Shown one piece after another: positions 54,144 to 54,816 of a stretch of 54,816 nucleotides of DNA. The position numbers and the translations under genes were made by a program. Source of the stretch: Minisyncoccota bacterium (GTDB lineage: Bacteria > Patescibacteriota > Minisyncoccia > UBA6257 > 02-FULL-45-10c); assembly GCA_028715395.1 (NCBI GenBank), contig JAQURY010000001.1:1-54816 (forward strand), read 5' to 3'. The notes beneath the pieces are model-generated. The model had not been told where the DNA came from. It saw only the letters and a list, made by a program, of their open reading frames with translations, and ran no database searches. Position 1 is the first letter of the stretch; the number at the start of each line of letters is the position of its first letter.

Positions 54144-54215
54144 GCCGGCATAGCTCAGTGGTAGAGCAGCGCTTTTGTAAAGCGAAGGTCGGGGGTTCAA
54201 ATCCCTTTGCCGGCT
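54144..54215 (+). tRNA. tRNA-Thr (TGT)
   Basis: Acceptor gccggca/tgccggc, D arm gctc-agtggta-gagc, anticodon loop ttTGTaa, T loop ttcaaat. Confidence 0.88.
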
Positions 54216-54231
54216 CAGAATTTAATAAGGT

Positions 54232-54303
54232 GCCGATGTAGCTCAGTGGTAGAGCAACTCCATGGTAAGGAGTAGGTCGTCAGTTCAATCCTGACCATCG
54301 GCT
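54232..54303 (+). tRNA. tRNA-Thr (GGT)
   Basis: Acceptor gccgatg/catcggc, anticodon arm actcc-atGGTaa-ggagt, T arm gtcag-ttcaatc-ctgac. Confidence 0.9.
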
Positions 54304-54304
54304 C

Positions 54305-54347
54305 AAAAATTTCCAAGGGAAATTTTTGTCCCGATAATCATCGGGAC
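54305..54347 (+). terminator. two hairpins after the Tyr-Thr-Thr tRNA cluster
   Basis: aaaatttcc aag ggaaatttt, then gtcccgat aatc atcgggac. Confidence 0.55.
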
Positions 54348-54389
54348 ATCCATTGATTTATATATAACAATCTGTTAAATTAAAACCCT

Positions 54390-54560
54390 ATGGCCGAGTC
54401 AAAAATTACGCCCAATTTAATAAAGTTTAGATGCGAGACCTGTAAAAGGATTAATTATTATTCCCACAAGAATAAGAAAAAAGTGGAAAGAAAGCTGGAA
54501 TATAAGAAATATTGCAGCTGGTGCAGGAAACACACTAAACATAAGGAAGGCAAAAAATAA
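54390..54560 (+). CDS. rpmG: 50S ribosomal protein L33 (56 aa; not in the ORF track)
   Basis: Hand translation MAESKITPNLIKFRCETCKRINYYSHKNKKKVERKLEYKKYCSWCRKHTKHKEGKK. The CxxC...CxxC layout and the KYC..C.KHT.HKE tail match L33. Confidence 0.85.
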   Translation: MAESKITPNLIKFRCETCKRINYYSHKNKKKVERKLEYKKYCSWCRKHTKHKEGKK

Positions 54561-54590
54561 AAAATGGGCGCAATTGCCCATTTTTTATTT
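54561..54590 (+). terminator. terminator after rpmG
   Basis: aatgggc gcaatt gcccatt followed by ttttattttt. Confidence 0.7.
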
Positions 54591-54614
54591 TTAATTTAAA
54601 CTGAACATTATTAA

Positions 54615-54688
54615 GGGGGTGTCGTCCAACGGTAGGACTCTGGTCTCCAAAACCAGTTATTGGGGTTCAAATCCTCACGCCCCCGCCA
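54615..54688 (+). tRNA. tRNA-Trp (CCA), 3' CCA encoded
   Basis: Acceptor gggggtg/cgccccc, D arm gtcc-aacggta-ggac, anticodon arm ctggt-ctCCAaa-accag, T arm tgggg-ttcaaat-cctca. Confidence 0.9.
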
Positions 54689-54765
54689 GAGGCGGGCGAG
54701 CCCTCCAAGGGCGGGTGAAATAGCTAATTTGTACTTTTCAAAATAAAACTGAACAGGAGGAAGTA

Positions 54766-54816
54766 ATGGAATTGAATATCCGGAAAAACAAGACCGAGGG
54801 ATTGATTCAGCTTATG
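54766..54816 (+). CDS. partial ORF running off the window (MELNIRKNKTEGLIQLM...)
   Basis: AGGAGG SD 6 nt before the ATG. Only 17 codons are visible. By the common rpmG-tRNA-Trp-secE-nusG synteny it could be secE, but the sequence is too short to say. Confidence 0.3.
   Translation, partial: MELNIRKNKTEGLIQLM

Overview
The window reads as chromosomal DNA from an AT-rich, small-genome bacterium. My best guess is a Candidate Phyla Radiation / Patescibacteria (Parcubacteria-like) organism; that placement is an inference from gene content, minimal-domain housekeeping proteins and the near absence of Shine-Dalgarno (SD) motifs. Most of the window is plus-strand housekeeping: recO, glyQS, metG, tatD-like, leuS, tsaC, htrA, ligA, gatCA, pheST, rpsP-KH-trmD, rpsB-tsf and rpmG. 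There are also 12 tRNA genes in several clusters and a LemA/TPM membrane module. A complete monoderm-type type IV pilus cluster runs pilM-N-O-(small)-B-T-C-pilin-pilD plus four minor pilins, with comF next to it. Two dispersed pilin-LamG fusion paralogs and two large repeat-containing surface proteins complete the envelope set. Two small genes missing from the ORF track were found by hand: a DUF5679-like zinc ribbon at 19759-19917 and rpmG at 54390-54560. The most unusual signal is four short islands at about 1-1090, 16831-18350, 20314-21727 and 45688-47032. They are visibly GC-richer than their surroundings and carry seven ORFan genes. Each of these genes has its own promoter-like element, a canonical GGAGG-type SD and a GC-rich hairpin terminator, whereas about 50 surrounding genes lack an SD. 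Three of the four islands abut tRNA genes, and no integrase, transposase or reverse transcriptase is present. No CRISPR array, rRNA gene or recognisable defence system was seen.
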